From Candidatus Bathyarchaeota archaeon (GTDB taxonomy: Archaea; Thermoproteota; Bathyarchaeia; Bathyarchaeales; Bathycorpusculaceae): a DNA stretch of 64,000 nucleotides. The DNA is taken from assembly GCA_963775465.1 (NCBI GenBank), contig CAVZIW010000006.1, positions 192,001 to 256,000 on the forward strand. Direction: 5' to 3'. Position 1 is the first letter of the stretch; the number at the start of each line of letters is the position of its first letter. Below are positions 61,341-64,000 of the stretch, piece by piece. Position numbers and translations under genes: made by a program. The notes below the pieces were generated by a model. The model did not search any database, was not told where the DNA came from, and was given only the letters and a program-made list of their open reading frames with translations.

Positions 61341-62370
61341 TCGATTTTTTTAGGCTTTCAGCAGCGCTTTCTGGCGTGACTGTATTGATGTAGACGCCCG
61401 TGCTTTTCTCAAAACCTGCCCACGTCACCAGTTTGGGGTATACCTCCAAATGCCAATGATAATAATCTACTGCATTTGGGTCAATTGAGATGTGGAAGCC
61501 GAAATTGTAGGGAGGGTCATTGACAACATCTTTTAGGGCTCTGAGGCTTGTTTGAAGGGTTCTTGCAAACGATAAAGCCTCATTCCCAGATAAATTTAGG
61601 ATGTTCGGGGAGTGTTTTTTAGGAATTATCCAGAATTCCATCGGGTTGATGCTGGCGTAGGGAGCAAAAATCAAAAATTCACCGTTTTCTAATATATTTC
61701 TTGAACTTTGTGCTTCCTTCTTGATTATACCGCAGAAAACACATTTTTTATGTTCCTCAAAAAATGATTTGCTGGCTACTTGCTCTTTTTGTAGTAATGT
61801 GGGTATCATTGGGGTTGCTATTATTTGGCTGTGAGCATGGGATAATGATGCTCCAGCTTCTCTGCCATAGTTGCGGAAAATCGACACATACTTAACATAG
61901 GGTTTGTTACGTAGTTCGTTTAGTCGGTCAATATAGGCTTTTATTATAAGTTCAAGTTGATCCAGCTTCGCATCGGTCGGTTCTTCGTTATGGATTGGTG
62001 ATTCAACAATGACCTCATGATGTCCGATTGCGTAACCGAAGTCTTTATTTCTAAATATCTTTGTTGTTTCTTCTGGAACTTTGGGCGGAGTGAATGCAGG
62101 GAATAAGTTTGGTATAACTCTCACAAGCCAATCTTTAGATCGCTCTCCCAGGCTTGGGTCTTGAAGGCGTTTTATCTCGCCGTTTACCTTCTGGTAGAGC
62201 ATGATTGCGGGGGGTGTCATATTTTCGTTGCCAACGCACAGAGGACAAACAGATGTGTTTATTTGTGCGGGTTTGGGTTTCGCCAAGTCAGTGGGTCGGC
62301 GTGCTCGTTCCATGGCAATGACTACCCAGCGGTCGAGTAAGTAATCCTTTCTTAGTTCATTGTAAGGCAT
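61330..62370 (-). CDS. galT: Galactose-1-phosphate uridylyltransferase family (HIT)
   Basis: NELRKD, ERARRP, CPLC.GNE, GASLSHAHSQ, HWHLE. Confidence 0.9.
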   Translation of the reverse strand: MPYNELRKDYLLDRWVVIAMERARRPTDLAKPKPAQINTSVCPLCVGNENMTPPAIMLYQKVNGEIKRLQDPSLGERSKDWLVRVIPNLFPAFTPPKVPEETTKIFRNKDFGYAIGHHEVIVESPIHNEEPTDAKLDQLELIIKAYIDRLNELRNKPYVKYVSIFRNYGREAGASLSHAHSQIIATPMIPTLLQKEQVASKSFFEEHKKCVFCGIIKKEAQSSRNILENGEFLIFAPYASINPMEFWIIPKKHSPNILNLSGNEALSFARTLQTSLRALKDVVNDPPYNFGFHISIDPNAVDYYHWHLEVYPKLVTWAGFEKSTGVYINTVTPESAAESLKKSINA

Positions 62371-62888
62371 GCTTTCCACAGGCAAATGGGGGCACTGAGT
62401 CATTTTAGCATAACAATAGAATCAATATTGGTATTGTTTCCATTGCCAAGCTCACTCCCACTGTCTTTTTTCACCCCACAAGTTTTCAACTTTCAAAAGT
62501 TCAACGGCATTATTAAGGTTTAGTGGAAAAAAAGTGACCATTCCTTTCATTTAGAGTCAATCTTTTTACTACTTTCAGATATTTGATTGGAATATCACGG
62601 TCAATAATTCTTATGTAAATAAGGTGTTTTCTATCTATAACTAAAGGGTTCTTATTTTCATCTCTCTTGAATTTGAAAGGGTAATTCCAATCTAAATAAA
62701 TTGGACACCCCATCTGCCTCAACCGTCTACCTGTAATTTGCAGAATAATTCCGACTGTACTTTGGTCATTTTTATTTTTACAACTCTTTGAAAACTACCA
62801 ACTAAATTTGACTTTTTCAGTTTATTTTGAAATGCTGTGAACCATAGTTAAACTAAAAATGGGGGTAAAATGAAAAACAAACAAATGT

Positions 62889-63614
62889 TTATGAATATTT
62901 TTCTAGCAATTCTTTTACTGCTTTTAGCAACTCTGCGGGGTTATCCTTTAGCTGTTCGCTTAATCTGAAATGCGCTGGTTCCATCACTTCCGGTCGAACG
63001 ACGCGTATTTTGTCTCTAATGGTGCTTATCCGAGAAGCAAGGGTCAATTCAGGATATATTTCATCAATGACAGCAATAAGAACAGATTCTTCAGGTTGCA
63101 GGACCACTTGCGGATCAAACCAGTGAGCGGGCTCCATGACTTCGGGTCTTACGGCTATCGATGCACCGTGGGATGCAGTAGTTAATACTGGAGCAGTAAG
63201 GATTGGTTTTTTGAAGTGGGCGGGTTCCATCCAATCCGTCTTAAGTTTAAGTCTTAGTGCATCAAACCAAATTGCGTATAGACAGTATTTGCCTACAGAA
63301 GCTTTGATAGTGGTTTCTTTAATCTTGGAAAGCGCATTTTTTAGTTCACTTTCAAAGAGGGTTCCTCTAAGGTTATCGCCACCTATGATGAGGTTCGCGA
63401 CATTTCCTTTTTCACCGATTTCAACTACAATTGGAATTGTTGTCGTAACAACAAAACCAATTTTTCTTGAAACGCTATCGAAAGCATTATCGATCGCCTT
63501 TTGATATTTTTCCTTAATGACTCGATATATTGCAAGCAGATCTTCGTAATGTTTTATGATTCCAGGGTGTGCGGGTTCCATCCAATCGCGCAGTCGAAGG
63601 TTTTTCTCAGTCAA
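62889..63614 (-). CDS. Hypothetical protein with four MEPAH motif repeats
   Basis: 241-aa ORF; TTG start with AGGAGGTGA RBS overlapping the upstream stop; DWMEPAH x2 and RPEVMEPAH x2. Confidence 0.85.
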   Translation of the reverse strand: MTEKNLRLRDWMEPAHPGIIKHYEDLLAIYRVIKEKYQKAIDNAFDSVSRKIGFVVTTTIPIVVEIGEKGNVANLIIGGDNLRGTLFESELKNALSKIKETTIKASVGKYCLYAIWFDALRLKLKTDWMEPAHFKKPILTAPVLTTASHGASIAVRPEVMEPAHWFDPQVVLQPEESVLIAVIDEIYPELTLASRISTIRDKIRVVRPEVMEPAHFRLSEQLKDNPAELLKAVKELLEKYS

Positions 63615-63618
63615 TTTT

Positions 63619-64000
63619 TCACCTCCTTTGTTCTTCTTCTAGTTTCTTTTTGAAGAAGTTATAGGGAATCACATCTGGAGAAAGACCAATAAAATCAAGT
63701 ACACTGGCCTGAGGACCAAGTGCCTGATTTTGAAAGCTGTTTTTCATGTGATTGAATGATTGTTGTCCAGAGTTTTCTAAAATTGCATGAGCATAAATCG
63801 AGGGGACAGTTTTTTCCAGGTTATTCTTGTTTTTGTATGCCTCTTCGATCCAATCGATTATGGTTTGCCCTTGTAACCGTAGAATGCTACTTCTCATATC
63901 AATTTGCGCCCGCGTTTCTTGCGTAAAGTTGGCAATAGTTGCTTCGTCATGTTTTCCTTTAGATACGAAATCGTAGATTGTGCTTAGCCAGTGGTATGTA
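63619..64000 (-). CDS. Hypothetical protein, C-terminal part only (begins outside window)
   Basis: Frame of ORF 63619-63897 stays open to the window edge (TYHWLSTIYDFVSKGKHDEATIANFTQETRAQIDMRSS...). Confidence 0.8.
   Translation of the reverse strand, partial: TYHWLSTIYDFVSKGKHDEATIANFTQETRAQIDMRSSILRLQGQTIIDWIEEAYKNKNNLEKTVPSIYAHAILENSGQQSFNHMKNSFQNQALGPQASVLDFIGLSPDVIPYNFFKKKLEEEQRR

Overview
Archaeal chromosomal window, most consistent with Bathyarchaeia (TACK). This is inferred from archaeal-type EF-2, P1/L12, Nop5-fibrillarin, class I CCA enzyme, type II MetAP, DUF763/DUF1512 and many Ig-like surface proteins with C-terminal membrane anchors. Most of 11-62 kb is intact housekeeping and metabolic genes: ino1, PGI/PMI, LipS1-type radical SAM, P-type ATPase, EF-2, trpS, a lone 5S rRNA, class II HMG-CoA reductase, thpR-cca, pyrB, aguBA, rnhB, tpiA, glycogen debranching enzyme and galT. 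Both ends hold accessory operons of unknown function that run off the window. Best leads: (1) a protein with four MEPAH motifs, translationally coupled to a truncated upstream gene, a possible post-translational modification/RiPP-like system; (2) a wHTH + ATP-cone + class III RNR fusion that has lost its glycyl-radical loop, a candidate nucleotide-sensing regulator; (3) a multi-stem intergenic RNA candidate at about 34.05-34.18 kb; (4) a two-module 619-aa protein operon at the left edge; (5) unannotated small Zn-finger genes and small paralog families. A cluster of single-base indels at 6.2-9.6 kb is either assembly error or local decay. I saw no tRNA, CRISPR array, integrase or transposase. 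All family assignments are from motif recognition by eye; no database searches were run.
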